Translations under genes and position numbers: made by a program
The notes under the pieces: model-generated
The model's database searches: none
The model's input: the letters and a program-made list of their open reading frames with translations, nothing else
What the model was told of the DNA's origin: nothing
Assembly (NCBI GenBank): GCA_964618805.1
Contig: CAZUBM010000007.1
Coordinates: 30,183 to 94,182, forward strand
Direction of reading: 5' to 3'
Source of the DNA: an uncultured Nitrososphaerota archaeon
GTDB lineage: Archaea > Korarchaeota > Korarchaeia > Korarchaeales > Korarchaeaceae
Length of the DNA stretch: 64,000 bases
In this document: positions 28,659-38,973 of the stretch, in pieces
How positions within the stretch are numbered: the stretch's first letter is position 1
Layout of the letters: each line of letters opens with the position of its first letter

Positions 28659-28762
28659 GAAAAAGAAAAACTAGCGAAAACGTGAAATTTACCCAAATAT
28701 ACGGTCCCTTTTCCTAAAAATAGATTTTGTCTATTGGAGCGAGGGTTAACAACTCTTAATTC

Positions 28763-29134
28763 TTATATTCTGTAGTAAACAAGAGCAATCAATATATCTG
28801 ACTCCTCTCCACCCCATTTACCAAGAGAGTTGCATGTGTAATGGAATATCCTCCTCAAAGGTCTTAATATCTTCTCATCGAAATGTGCTGGTGGCTCGGG
28901 TGGGATTACACCTTCTTTTTCGATTTTTTCTCTTAATAGGTTGAGAAGATCTCTGACTAACTGAAAACTAACACTCCACAGACGGCTCTGTAAGTTATGA
29001 TCATCAAGGAACCTAAGTGCTATGTCGGTCCCAATAGAAGCCCACCTTATTTCCTGGTCTGGATCCGGATAGTTCTGAGGATTTTGCCACACTGCGGCTC
29101 GATAATCCTTTAATTCTATTCGATAGACCCCCAA
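28763..29134 (-). CDS. hypothetical protein, possibly a degenerate PIN-like fragment
   Basis: frame is open upstream to about 29260 without an ATG; weak PIN-like words GTDIALRFL and SDILIAL. Confidence 0.4.
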   Translation of the reverse strand: MGVYRIELKDYRAAVWQNPQNYPDPDQEIRWASIGTDIALRFLDDHNLQSRLWSVSFQLVRDLLNLLREKIEKEGVIPPEPPAHFDEKILRPLRRIFHYTCNSLGKWGGEESDILIALVYYRI

Positions 29135-29507
29135 GCTTAAACAGGTGTTAATTGCTTGTCTATGTATTTTAGGAGGAATTTGCTCTAAGTACTCTTGGGT
29201 TAGGAGAATTGGCCTTATTCTAGGATCTAGATCAGGTTCGGCGATATTCGGTATATTTAAGCATAAGTAAAAAGAACTTTGATGATACGTTATAATGACG
29301 CCTATTATGTCTCTAGAATTTCTCTAAGACGTAACTTTTGGTCTAAGAGCTTCATAAAGTTGTACTTGCAACATCGGCCAACAGTAGATCTCATATAAAA
29401 TCCACAAGCAAGCTCCCTATTTGTTAGTTAGTAGCAAATCACTACCTTTAAAACATTCTTTACATGAATTATGTGAAGAGACATTATACGCTGAGATCGA
29501 AGAGATA

Positions 29508-29874
29508 CTATGGCCCATACTTATCCAAGAACTCCTCAGGTGTTAGTACATCGATTTCATCCTTAACGCCTTCATAGTCCCTCTTATTCCTTGTGATGAA
29601 GACCTTTACTCTGCCCTTTGCGGAGTGAAATTGTATTGCGTCTTCAAAATCCTCTATCCTATCTTCATTGAAGGCTGCTTTCATTATCTCACTCGTTAAG
29701 CCTATTATTTTGAAGCCTTTCGTTAGATCTAGTGTCTCTTCCTTGGCCCTTTCCTCAGAAGTTATCCTCCTTCTCAAGAAGTATATTATAGCTGGAGTTA
29801 AAGCAGAAATGTAGCCCTCGTTTCTCCCATCTCTGAATGTCTATGAACACGTTTACGTCCACGAATATCTTCAT
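29508..29874 (-). pseudogene. VapC/PIN toxin with an internal deletion and frameshift
   Basis: MKIFVDVNVFIDIQR from ATG 29874, then another frame gives DGRNEGYISALT...DFEDAIQ...FITRNKRDY...LTPEEFL. Confidence 0.85.
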
Positions 29875-29878
29875 AGGA

Positions 29879-30160
29879 TCACTCGTACCTTTCGGCTATC
29901 GCCTCAGCTATTTCCTTCTTCTCCTCAGAAATGGGTATGGGTGGGAGAGTCCCAACTAGCTTCAATATCTTGATGGAATCCTCGCTGAACTCCATTTCAG
30001 GATACTCCTTCTTCAGCTCTTCCTTCAACTCCTTCACCCTTTCCTCCTCGCTTTCCTTCAAGTACTTCCTTTCGAGGGCTGCAAGCCTATTCTCAGCTCT
30101 GGAGAGGATCTCTCTAGCTTTCTGCAACTCCCTTCTGAGGTAGGCTATTTCTTCTGCCAT
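29879..30160 (-). CDS. putative antitoxin (coiled-coil) directly upstream of the PIN pseudogene
   Basis: small charged protein ending 4 nt before the PIN ATG; LKLVGTLP motif; ORF track start 30169. Confidence 0.65.
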   Translation of the reverse strand: MAEEIAYLRRELQKAREILSRAENRLAALERKYLKESEEERVKELKEELKKEYPEMEFSEDSIKILKLVGTLPPIPISEEKKEIAEAIAERYE

Positions 30161-30304
30161 CTCTACCAATACTATTTTTGAGTTCTTAAATAATTATTGC
30201 CAAATTTGTAGTTTTTAGATCATAGAGAGCTTACTAAGTTATTGGAAGAAATGGAAGCTTCTATGCCCGAAACACTGATTTTATCCCTATTTTAATTCCA
30301 TTTC

Positions 30305-30635
30305 ATGGCCAAATACACGGTCAAAGATGCATTAGAGGAGTTAAACGAGCTAAGGAATAGACTTCAATCAAAGGTGGATCAGCTACTCTCAAAAAGGGAA
30401 GTTGAGAAAGTTGCCTATCTCCTATTCAGCCTTGAGAAAGAGGTAGCTGAGATCGAGAAGGAGGCTGAGGTTAAAGGGAGAGCTTGATCTAGGAGTTTAC
30501 AGGACATTAGTTAAGGGATACCATGAGTTCATGAGGTTTATACTTGAGGAGTCTACAAAGCACGGAGTTGAGAGGGACGTCAAGAATTACTACGCCTGCC
30601 TGAGGGCTGAGTATGCTTTGAGCATGAGATCGTGA
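30305..30635 (+). pseudogene. helical hypothetical protein, apparently frameshifted near 30480
   Basis: ORF 30305-30487 continues in a shifted frame as ELDLGVYRTLVKGYHEFMRFILEES...YALSMRS*. Confidence 0.45.
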
Positions 30636-30691
30636 GGAGAGTAGTGCGATGTTCACAACGATTTTAAGATGATTTTGGTAAGCTCTCTCAT

Positions 30692-31657
30692 ATGGAAAAT
30701 GATCAAAATAAAGGGATTCTGAATAAGGAGAACATCACTTTAGCTATAGCCGTTATAGGCCTTCTGCTTTCTGTAATAAATACTGCTCGTCCTTACTTTA
30801 CGAAGGCACCGATAGAGATAGAAATAGTAGAATCGAGAACTATTGGCCCAGCACCCGGTGCTTCTTTCATAATTAAGCTTGATTGCATCGTTAAGAACTC
30901 TGGAGAAGTAGACGGGTTCATAAACAGTATTGAACTACAAGCTAGGACTAAGACGCTGCGATACGTTGCGATTCCAAAGGTATTCATACTAAAAGATCAT
31001 GAGGTTGTTAAAGAGGTTAGAGTACCGTCTCATTCCAGCACTTGCTTTTCGATCCTTGCTACATTGGATTACGGACATTATCGACGAGAAGTATGCGATG
31101 ATTACAATCTGACCATTTATTACGAGTATTTCAATGGTAGAAGTACCAAGTTAGGATCCGTTGGTCCGCCCACAGGGATAAAATTTCGTCTCGAGTGGCA
31201 TTATCCGTCGTCTGGTAGCATAGTTCATCAACAAGGGCAAAGAAAGGTTTTCTTTGATGTGTCCAAACCTTACAGAATACTCTCAATATCGCAGGTTCTT
31301 AACCAAGATACGGCCTCGCCCTTCTCGCTAGAGACTGATTACTTCAATATCGAAGATCTAGAGAATCTTTCACTAAGAAACATAGGAACCAACACGATCT
31401 ATATAGAGGCGGTTAATTGGGACCTTTACGACGGGACATCTGGTGAACTAATAGAGTATGGTCAGATAGAAATGGACAGATTTCGTCCCCTTGATGTTCT
31501 AGGTACATTAAGGCTGAATCTGACACTACCACTTGATATAATGAAGACGGAATTCGAATACCGGAATAGCGTATGGCTCTTGATCTGGATAAGGTATCTT
31601 GAGATGGGTAGATACAAAACAGTTGAAATCGTCATTCGACAATCTGTACGTATTTAG
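30692..31657 (+). CDS. membrane-anchored hypothetical protein with beta-rich extracellular domains
   Basis: single N-terminal TM; VKNSG and LRNIG Ig-like strand motifs; TATA-like TTTTAAG upstream. Confidence 0.7.
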   Translation: MENDQNKGILNKENITLAIAVIGLLLSVINTARPYFTKAPIEIEIVESRTIGPAPGASFIIKLDCIVKNSGEVDGFINSIELQARTKTLRYVAIPKVFILKDHEVVKEVRVPSHSSTCFSILATLDYGHYRREVCDDYNLTIYYEYFNGRSTKLGSVGPPTGIKFRLEWHYPSSGSIVHQQGQRKVFFDVSKPYRILSISQVLNQDTASPFSLETDYFNIEDLENLSLRNIGTNTIYIEAVNWDLYDGTSGELIEYGQIEMDRFRPLDVLGTLRLNLTLPLDIMKTEFEYRNSVWLLIWIRYLEMGRYKTVEIVIRQSVRI

Positions 31658-31835
31658 TTTGAGAAATCAGACTAATTCTGCACAAATCCTTAAATTAGCA
31701 CCAATTCATCTCGCAATTAATCTTAATGGAAGCGCGCGCTAAACCCCTCTCTCGCAGTGTGTTTTCCCCAATAGTTTCTGAAGTTAATAGGCAGATATGA
31801 CCTTAGGAGTGACTGAATTCTACTTTGAATTCTCC

Positions 31836-31859
31836 CTTCTCCTATTTACATAGGAGAAG
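31836..31859. repeat. perfect 10-bp inverted repeat (CTTCTCCTAT-ttac-ATAGGAGAAG)
   Basis: read directly from the sequence; function unknown. Confidence 0.6.
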
Positions 31860-31884
31860 TTTCTCTTCAAGAAACTTCAGTTAA

Positions 31885-32085
31885 TATCCATTGGGGATAA
31901 GCGATCTGATAAACGTTAGCGTGATGAGGAGGCTTGATATCTCTGAAATTGCATCAACCGATACGGGCTTTGACGAAGTTTCTGGCATAAAGAGGGTTTT
32001 CTAGGAATTTAGTCTTGAAGATGGATTTAGGTCTTTTTCTGAAAGGCTTATATCGTTAGGCTACAAGCTTGATTACAAATTGTGA
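31885..32085 (+). pseudogene. C-terminal remnant of a VapC/PIN toxin
   Basis: YPLGISDLINVSVMRRLDISEIASTDTGFDEVSGIKRVF* matches the PIN C-terminal D...(S/T)xDxxF pattern; no start codon or N-terminal half. Confidence 0.75.
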
Positions 32086-32214
32086 ATAGGACTTCTAGAA
32101 CGTAAGAATAGAGAATAATACGAGTACGAAAATGACCATAATGTATAGTGTTTTTAAAGAAAGCAGGAAAAGTTTGTTCTTAATAGTATTGAATTTTCGT
32201 TTTTGGTGATCTAA

Positions 32215-32607
32215 ATGAAATATAGGCTCTTAGACCTCCTTGCATGCCCTATCGATAAGCATTTTCCCCTGGAGTTAATAGTTCTTGAGGAAACAAAGCC
32301 ACGTGAGGAGAAAGAGCAAAATAAGCCGCTTTGTGAGAAGTACTGCGGATTTCATGGGAAGATGGTGGAAGAACTCGATCCAGAAAGTCTAGCAAAGGAC
32401 TGCGCTCAATGTCTATCCAAGGAGATAGTTAAGGGTGTACTGAGATGTCCTGAGTGCGGAAGGTGGTTCCCAATAATAGAGGAGATCCCACACATGCTTC
32501 CAGATGAGCTAAGGGATTCAAAGGAGGACATTGCTTTCCTTCAGGAGAATCAGGATAAACTGCCTGATGAGATCAAGCTTCATGGAAAGCCATTTAACTT
32601 AGCTTAG
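32215..32607 (+). CDS. trm112: Trm112-family methyltransferase activator
   Basis: MKYRLLDLLACPIDKHFPL...GVLRCPECGRWFPIIEEIPHMLPDELR. Confidence 0.9.
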   Translation: MKYRLLDLLACPIDKHFPLELIVLEETKPREEKEQNKPLCEKYCGFHGKMVEELDPESLAKDCAQCLSKEIVKGVLRCPECGRWFPIIEEIPHMLPDELRDSKEDIAFLQENQDKLPDEIKLHGKPFNLA

Positions 32608-32688
32608 TCGCCCTAAAAAGAACGTTTTTATAAAATATAATGGTTACGCAGGAATCCAATACCCTAAGGACGATATTTTGGTGTCTTC

Positions 32689-34266
32689 ATGGGAGAACTG
32701 ATTGAGTACGCCAAGCTATCCGCTAAAGGAGGGATAGAACTATCCATAGGAATGGTCATATCCACGGCTCTAACTGCGATTGGAACAATCGTTGTTGCAA
32801 GACTCCTATCTCCTGAGCAATACGGCCTTTACACCATAGCTATGGTTCCTGCTGCCATGATAGGCCTCTTTAGGGATTGGGGAGTAAATTCGGCCATAAC
32901 GAGGTATATCTCCTTCTACAGAGCTAAGTCTCAGGAGCACAGGATAAGGTCGGTTCTTAAGGCAGGGATGGGGTTTGCAATCTTATCAGGTCTTCTTTCT
33001 GCTCTTTTCACTGTTGTGACCTCTGACTTGATCGCTAACTTAGTATTCAGGAAGCCGGAAGTAGCCCCTCTCATCAAGGTGTCTGCTATATGGGTTTTTT
33101 CTATGGCCCTCTTCAACGTGGGGTGGTCAACTCTCATAGGCTTCGAGAAGATGGGGCTTAACAGCATCGTCATAATATTTAGGTCTTCAATGAGGAGCCT
33201 TATATCCCCTCTTCTCGTTCTGTTGGGCTATGGAGCTCTTGGAGCTGTTATGGGCTACAGTTTTTCTGGCTTCTTAGCTGCTATCCTTTGCGTCCTATTT
33301 TTCATGAAAGCATATAAAGGAATTGAAGGAGATTCTGATTCCTCGATTAAAGGCACGTTGTTCATGCTCTTGGATTATGGCTTCCCATTAGCAATTGGAG
33401 CGATAGTTAGCGGCTTTGGCAACCAATTTTACAGGTTTCTAATGTCAAGAAGCTGCTCCTCTGAGGCAATTGGGAACTATGGTGCTGCATCCAACTTCCT
33501 CGTAGCGATGGGCCTCCTAACTTCTCCAATAACTACGGTTCTCTTTCCAGCGTTCTCGAAAATAGATGGGCAGAAGGAACCGAACAAGCTTAAGAAGGCC
33601 TTTAGGGCTTCTGTTAAGTACTCATCTGTCTTCGTAGTTCCAGCCGCTGTAGGAGTTATGGTAACATCTAAGCCCCTGGTTTTCACCCTTTTTGGTGAGA
33701 AGTACTCTCAAGCACCTGCTTTCCTATCCCTAGTGAGCTTGGGACAAGTCCTTTGTGCTCTAGGAGCCTTAAGTGCAGCCACACTTTTAACAAGCCAGGG
33801 AAAGACGAAGGAAATAATGAAGGCAAACCTCTTCTCCCTTGCAATAGGAGTTCCAGCAAGCCTCTTTCTAATCCCTAGATTTGGGATATATGGGTTAATA
33901 GCGACTATTCTTCTAGTTTCCTTTATCACGATCATTCTGCTGGACTACAGGATTTTTAAGATATATGGGTTCTGTATCGATTTACACTCATCTGGAAGGA
34001 TTTTCTTGGCATCCTTGTTCATGGCTGCCATAATCTATGGGGTAGAAAATCTGTTGGCCTCACTGATGCCTTTGATCAGGCTAGTAATAGATGGTCTAAC
34101 TGGTCTGCTTGCCTATTCAGCGTTTGTCATAATATTCAATGGAATAAGTTCTGACGATATTGAAAATCTAAAGACAATTTTCAGCAAAGCGGGGATAGTT
34201 GGGAGGGTAATTGTAGGATTTTTGAGCGGAATAGAGCTTCTTAATGAATGGATGAGGGGAAAATAG
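32689..34266 (+). CDS. MOP-superfamily oligosaccharide flippase (Wzx/AglR-like)
   Basis: VARLLSPEQYGLY, DWGVNSAITRY, LFPAFSK, LIPRFGIYG; about 14 TM. Confidence 0.9.
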   Translation: MGELIEYAKLSAKGGIELSIGMVISTALTAIGTIVVARLLSPEQYGLYTIAMVPAAMIGLFRDWGVNSAITRYISFYRAKSQEHRIRSVLKAGMGFAILSGLLSALFTVVTSDLIANLVFRKPEVAPLIKVSAIWVFSMALFNVGWSTLIGFEKMGLNSIVIIFRSSMRSLISPLLVLLGYGALGAVMGYSFSGFLAAILCVLFFMKAYKGIEGDSDSSIKGTLFMLLDYGFPLAIGAIVSGFGNQFYRFLMSRSCSSEAIGNYGAASNFLVAMGLLTSPITTVLFPAFSKIDGQKEPNKLKKAFRASVKYSSVFVVPAAVGVMVTSKPLVFTLFGEKYSQAPAFLSLVSLGQVLCALGALSAATLLTSQGKTKEIMKANLFSLAIGVPASLFLIPRFGIYGLIATILLVSFITIILLDYRIFKIYGFCIDLHSSGRIFLASLFMAAIIYGVENLLASLMPLIRLVIDGLTGLLAYSAFVIIFNGISSDDIENLKTIFSKAGIVGRVIVGFLSGIELLNEWMRGK

Positions 34267-34964
34267 TTTTCAGAAGGAGTTCATCTAAGTTTTTTCCTTG
34301 TAGTGGGTGATAAGCCTCGTAAGGGTATATGGAGACTTGTCCTCGTCTTGAACCTAAGCGTGCCTCAGATTTTGTATAGATCTCTACCTATAATCCTAGC
34401 CCTTTACGAGCCAGAACATATTTTGCTTTAATCGGCTCTAGTTTATTACTTTAAACTGGAAGCTAAGGAGGGGAAGATATTGCCAGACAAAGATCTGATA
34501 AGAGGCGAAGCTAAAGACATCAAAAAAAATCAGCCATGTATGCGGTATAAGATCATGGTTAAGGGTATTAAGGTAGTCGTTAAGGATAGGAGACTCTTCT
34601 ACGATCTTATGAGTGCGGCTTTCTCGAGGTGCAATGATGTTAGGATCTTGCTAGGCAAATCTAGATAAAGTTTTAGGAAGCTTTCCTTCCAAACGTTTAT
34701 CTCCTAATTACCTTCTGTAACAGTTACTCTCTTTTTATCTTCTACATTATCCAGCTTCCTTCCTATTCCCTCTATTGGTATAGGAGGGTTATGACGAGTG
34801 TTTTTCCTGGTCCAAGAGTTCTGAAATAATGGATAAATTGCCACAACTCTTCAAGATTTACAAAGTTTAATGATACCTCCAACAAGCAGAAGCAGTAAGT
34901 AGGTAACTATGTGATTCTTGAGCGAAAATAGAAGTGCTAAATGATTGGATGATCGCGTTGGGCC

Positions 34965-35918
34965 CTATCTTTCGAGGAGGAGATCATCTACTTTCTCCCT
35001 ATAATAGGAGACCAGTCTCCTTATGCCCTCATCTAAGCTTGTCTTTGCCTTAAATCCAAGTTGAGCCTCGGCCCTCGTAGTGTCTGCCCTGGTCCTATAG
35101 ACATAGTTCTTTATGGGACAAGGAACATATTTTGGCTTCAGTTCAGAGCCTAAGATCTCTCCTATCATATTAAACACTTGGTTAAAGCTCGTCTCAATTC
35201 CAGTTCCTACGTTGAAGATCCCATCCTTCCCTAATTGCATCGAAATTAAGAAGGCATCGACGACGTCCCCAACGTAAATGAAATCCCTAGTCTGGCTTCC
35301 ATCCCCATATATTACAGGCGCTTCTCCCTTCAACATGCACCAGATGAATTGGGAGATTATGTTTGCGTACTTGCCCTTGGGAATCTCGTTCTCACCATAC
35401 ACGCTGAATAACCTAAGACCCTTGCTTCTAACCCCGTGCATGTTCCTGTAAAGCTCTGAAAGCCTTTCAAGATAATAACGGGCCTCTGTATAATAATCGT
35501 TGACAAATACTGGCATATCTTCCCTAAATGGGAGGGGATTCCCGTTATAGAGCGAAGAAGTGGAGGCGTAGACCAAAGGACAACTAGCTTCCTTACAATA
35601 TTCAAGGACAGCTATTCCGTCCTCAACTACTTCTGAGACCAGGCTTGGTTTCTCCCTATACATCGGGGAAGAGGAATAAATTCCTAAGTGGAACACTCCG
35701 TCTGCCTTAACCTTTAGCTCAGAGATCTTCTTGCTCCTGCCCTTTATCACCTCTATTTTATCCATGACATCCTCTAGGTTTGAAATGGATCCTGTGTGAA
35801 AGTTATCTATAACTACAACCTCGCAGTTATGAGAAAGCAATCGCTTGACTAGTCTGCTTCCTATGAAGCCAGCCCCACCCGTTACGATGAATGTCCCTTT
35901 TTCCAGATTAAGTCCCAT
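34965..35918 (-). CDS. NAD-dependent nucleotide-sugar epimerase/dehydratase (extended SDR)
   Basis: VTGGAGFIGS, YASTSSLY, YTEAR (YxxxK variant), IYGDGSQTRDFIYV. Confidence 0.92.
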   Translation of the reverse strand: MGLNLEKGTFIVTGGAGFIGSRLVKRLLSHNCEVVVIDNFHTGSISNLEDVMDKIEVIKGRSKKISELKVKADGVFHLGIYSSSPMYREKPSLVSEVVEDGIAVLEYCKEASCPLVYASTSSLYNGNPLPFREDMPVFVNDYYTEARYYLERLSELYRNMHGVRSKGLRLFSVYGENEIPKGKYANIISQFIWCMLKGEAPVIYGDGSQTRDFIYVGDVVDAFLISMQLGKDGIFNVGTGIETSFNQVFNMIGEILGSELKPKYVPCPIKNYVYRTRADTTRAEAQLGFKAKTSLDEGIRRLVSYYREKVDDLLLER

Positions 35919-35964
35919 TTCTCTGTCATTTACTAAATGCTCCAGCAGATTAAAAGTCTTGAAG

Positions 35965-36645
35965 TTAAATCTTGCCTAGCATTGCCTTAAGTTTCATGGA
36001 AAGGACCGTCTTGAGAAATCTGTAAGTATCCCTTGTCATCTTCATCTTTGATCTCTCCTTTCCATAAATCGTCTTTATCTGCACCTCCCCTATCTTTAAG
36101 CTCAGCCTCTTTGCCAAGATCAGGGATGCTGTTTCACCCTCAAACCCCCTTGCCTCAACGTTCATAAGCTTGGTGAGGGCATCCTTCCTGTAGGCCCTGT
36201 ACCCACACTGGGAATCAGAAATTCTAAAGCAAAATAGTATTCTGAGCATGCTGGTCGTTATGAAGTTGGAGATTTTCCTTATTAGGGGCATTCCTTTCTT
36301 AGATCGGTATCCTACGACCAGGTCAAAGTCCTTTAAAGCTTCTATGAACTTTGGAATTTCATCTGGATCGTGCTGTCCGTCTCCGTCCATCTGAATTATC
36401 AGGTCAGATGACTCAAGGGCCTTCTTGAAACCGTCACGAAGGGCAACCCACTTTCCCATGTTCTTCTCATGTACTATAACAATGGCCCCATTTTCTGCAG
36501 CTATTTTTGCCGTTTCATCCGTGCTTCCATCATCTACAACTATTACTTTATCAACATGCTTTTTAGCCCTTGAAATCACATCTGCTATGAATTCCTCCTC
36601 ATTGTACGCTGGAATCACTACCGTAATCCTTTGCAACTCGATCAA
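35965..36645 (-). CDS. GT2 glycosyltransferase (DPM/DPG synthase-like, AglJ-like)
   Basis: VIPAYNEE, VDDGSTD, MDGDGQHDP, DSQCGYRAY. Confidence 0.9.
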   Translation of the reverse strand: MIELQRITVVIPAYNEEEFIADVISRAKKHVDKVIVVDDGSTDETAKIAAENGAIVIVHEKNMGKWVALRDGFKKALESSDLIIQMDGDGQHDPDEIPKFIEALKDFDLVVGYRSKKGMPLIRKISNFITTSMLRILFCFRISDSQCGYRAYRKDALTKLMNVEARGFEGETASLILAKRLSLKIGEVQIKTIYGKERSKMKMTRDTYRFLKTVLSMKLKAMLGKI

Positions 36646-36684
36646 GCATTACACCTAAGGCGTATATATCTATCCTATCACATC

Positions 36685-37107
36685 TTATACAATGGGCGGG
36701 GCTCTTATCCTCTTCATGTAAGAGGCTGCCCTAGGTCTAGTTAGCAGGTAAAGTATGATGAGAGAGTAAGCCGTTGGAAGGGTTAGGGAAAGGCAAGTAA
36801 AGAGTCCCCTAATCTCTCCTGCCATCCACATCAAGGGAATGCTGTAAATGAGGGGAAGGGGGGAGAATATCAAGATCAAGGCGTGGATTATTATAGCGCT
36901 AATCCTTGCTTTATCGTAGCCCATCCATAGGAATAAAGATAAAACAATCAAGACAAAACCGAAGATAATAGATACTGAGGATATGGCCAGTACGTGAGTC
37001 TGACCTGACGTTCCCTTGAAAAAGAGGGTTCCAATGCAGATGAAGAAGAGACCACATATGATCATGAGGACCGTTGATATCAATATTTCGAGAGGCGCCT
37101 TTCTCAT
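36685..37107 (-). CDS. small four-TM membrane protein
   Basis: four hydrophobic segments; YLLTRPRA ending. Confidence 0.7.
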   Translation of the reverse strand: MRKAPLEILISTVLMIICGLFFICIGTLFFKGTSGQTHVLAISSVSIIFGFVLIVLSLFLWMGYDKARISAIIIHALILIFSPLPLIYSIPLMWMAGEIRGLFTCLSLTLPTAYSLIILYLLTRPRAASYMKRIRAPPIV

Positions 37108-37243
37108 CCTTGTTTAATTGTGATTTTCAGCATAAAAATTTCTATCAAATTCACCCTACCTTAAACGAATTTTCAACGAAGAGTTCCATGCCAGTTGAGA
37201 GGGATCAGGAAAGGGTAAATAATCTTGCCGTGTCCAATAGCTG

Positions 37244-38050
37244 ATGAATTCCGAAGTCTCTGAGGAAAGAGAGGCGTGGATCATATCCATTGGAAACGAG
37301 TTGCTCATAGGTAAGGTAGTAAATACCAACTTCTCATGGCTTGCAGAGCAGCTCGAATCAATCGGTTACAAGGTTAGGAGGGGAATAACAGTTATGGATG
37401 ATATAGAGGAGATCTCATGGGCTTTTAGGCAGGCTTTGTCCTCAAAGGCGAGCCTAATAATATCTACAGGAGGTTTAGGACCAACTTATGACGATAAAAC
37501 CAGTGAAGCACTGGCCTTCGCCCTTAACAGGAGGTGGGAAATTAATGAGGAGGCTCTAGGGATGGTGAAACGGAAGTATGAATCGGTTGGAATGGAACTC
37601 ACTGAACACAGGATAAAGATGGCTAAGTTGCCTGAAGGTGCCGTTCCACTTGAAAACCCTGCTGGTACAGCTCCAGGAATAATGGTTAGGGAAGGGGATA
37701 GCTTGATAATCGCACTGCCAGGCGTTCCGAAGGAAATGAAAGCAATTTTTAACGATCTAATAGATGAACTAAGAGCCAGAACTGGAATTATGGTTGCAGA
37801 AACAGAGTTTTCGGTCTCCGGCATTCCTGAATCGTCCATCGCTCCTCTCATCGATGAGGTGGTAAGGAGGTACCCGGCTGTTTACGTGAAAAGCCATCCA
37901 AGGGGGAAGGAGTTGGAGGCTCCATTGCTCTTAATACACCTTTCAGCGAGAGCTCATACCAAAGAGGAAGCTTTATCTATGGTGAAGGAGGCAGAGAGCA
38001 TGCTCTTATCCATGATAAAGGAGATCAGAGGCAAGATCACCAAAGGATGA
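37244..38050 (+). CDS. CinA-like molybdopterin-binding-domain protein (archaeal competence/damage-inducible family)
   Basis: IGNELLIGKVVNTN, STGGLGPTYDD, NPAGTAPG, LPGVPKEM, YVKSHP. Confidence 0.9.
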   Translation: MNSEVSEEREAWIISIGNELLIGKVVNTNFSWLAEQLESIGYKVRRGITVMDDIEEISWAFRQALSSKASLIISTGGLGPTYDDKTSEALAFALNRRWEINEEALGMVKRKYESVGMELTEHRIKMAKLPEGAVPLENPAGTAPGIMVREGDSLIIALPGVPKEMKAIFNDLIDELRARTGIMVAETEFSVSGIPESSIAPLIDEVVRRYPAVYVKSHPRGKELEAPLLLIHLSARAHTKEEALSMVKEAESMLLSMIKEIRGKITKG

Positions 38051-38054
38051 GCTG

Positions 38055-38783
38055 TTATCTAATCATCCTTATCAGCAGGAGTATTGGGTCTCCTATCCAC
38101 ATCGTTATCACGTATCCGGCCAAGATGAAGGGAAGCATAGGAATCGAAGGACATATCCAAACAAGAGGCTCTTCTGTCTTTGGAAGTTCTTCTTTAGTCT
38201 CAGGGATCGAGAGAGCTGAGATTAGCTTGAACCTTTTCTTGGGCGAACTCCCTTGTTGAGCGACTGAGAAAAATTTAAACTTATGAGCTTCTTCAGCCCG
38301 AATCGCGATTGCAAGAAGGCTTGCAAGAAGTTTCCTCGGTATAGATTCCTCAAATCCATAAAAGATCTTCTCTCCTCTAAATAATAATGCCATATTCCAT
38401 GCTAGGAAAGAAATTGGAACTAGGAGGATTAACATGTTTGAGTACAACATCGTGCAGAAAGCTGGGGGGAACATGCATTTTCCTAAAGGATGATATGGCT
38501 GGAGCACGGTCAGCGTGATGAGAGCAAGAATATCTGCACCTCCCATAAGTTTAAGCCCCCAAGAAGCTAAAAGCACAATTATAAATGGGATTGAAAACCT
38601 GAGGTAACGTACAAGTAGCGTTAGGGGAGGCCTCTCCACAACTAACGCGTATGCGTCCAACGCGCCACCTAGCGAGATGCCAACCATCCACAGGTAATCG
38701 TCAACTTGCCTGTCCCTCATGTCTTGTATTGCGACTATAGACAATATGAGCAGTGAGAGTAACACTCTGATTTCCTCAAACAA
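38055..38783 (-). CDS. archaeal prepilin/prearchaellin peptidase (A24, PibD/FlaK-like)
   Basis: first Asp in QDMRDRQVDD, MGGAD second Asp, C-terminal VWICPSIPMLPFILAGY; divergent from the pilin operon. Confidence 0.88.
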   Translation of the reverse strand: MFEEIRVLLSLLILSIVAIQDMRDRQVDDYLWMVGISLGGALDAYALVVERPPLTLLVRYLRFSIPFIIVLLASWGLKLMGGADILALITLTVLQPYHPLGKCMFPPAFCTMLYSNMLILLVPISFLAWNMALLFRGEKIFYGFEESIPRKLLASLLAIAIRAEEAHKFKFFSVAQQGSSPKKRFKLISALSIPETKEELPKTEEPLVWICPSIPMLPFILAGYVITMWIGDPILLLIRMIR

Positions 38784-38973
38784 CCTTTATCCCGCATTAA
38801 TCACCAAATCCTTTTATTTTAGATGTTTGCACTACTTAGGGGGAATGCACTTTAATTAAGAAAGCGCATTTCCGATGTTAAAAACTGAAGATTACCAATT
38901 TTAGGGAAGATGACCAAAAGATTTTTTCCTTTACTATGAACTTTTTATTTTTGTGGTTACTCTTAGAATAAGG

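Noticed and set aside
24232-31740. Palindrome AGCGCGCGCT occurring near 24232 and 31731
   Set aside because: Only 10 bp, one copy lies in coding sequence, and the flanks do not align; insufficient for an att site or operator
23288-32004. In-frame TAGs followed by plausible coding sequence (23288, 32002), suggesting pyrrolysine/amber recoding
   Set aside because: TAG is the normal stop of many intact, tightly coupled genes here (e.g. 9383, 20242, 40830, 41874, 42371), no pyl genes are in view, and both cases sit in regions with other lesions
34270-34960. ORF 34480-34668 and broken minus-strand frames between the flippase and epimerase
   Set aside because: No recognisable motif or RBS; may be a decayed gene, but I cannot support a call
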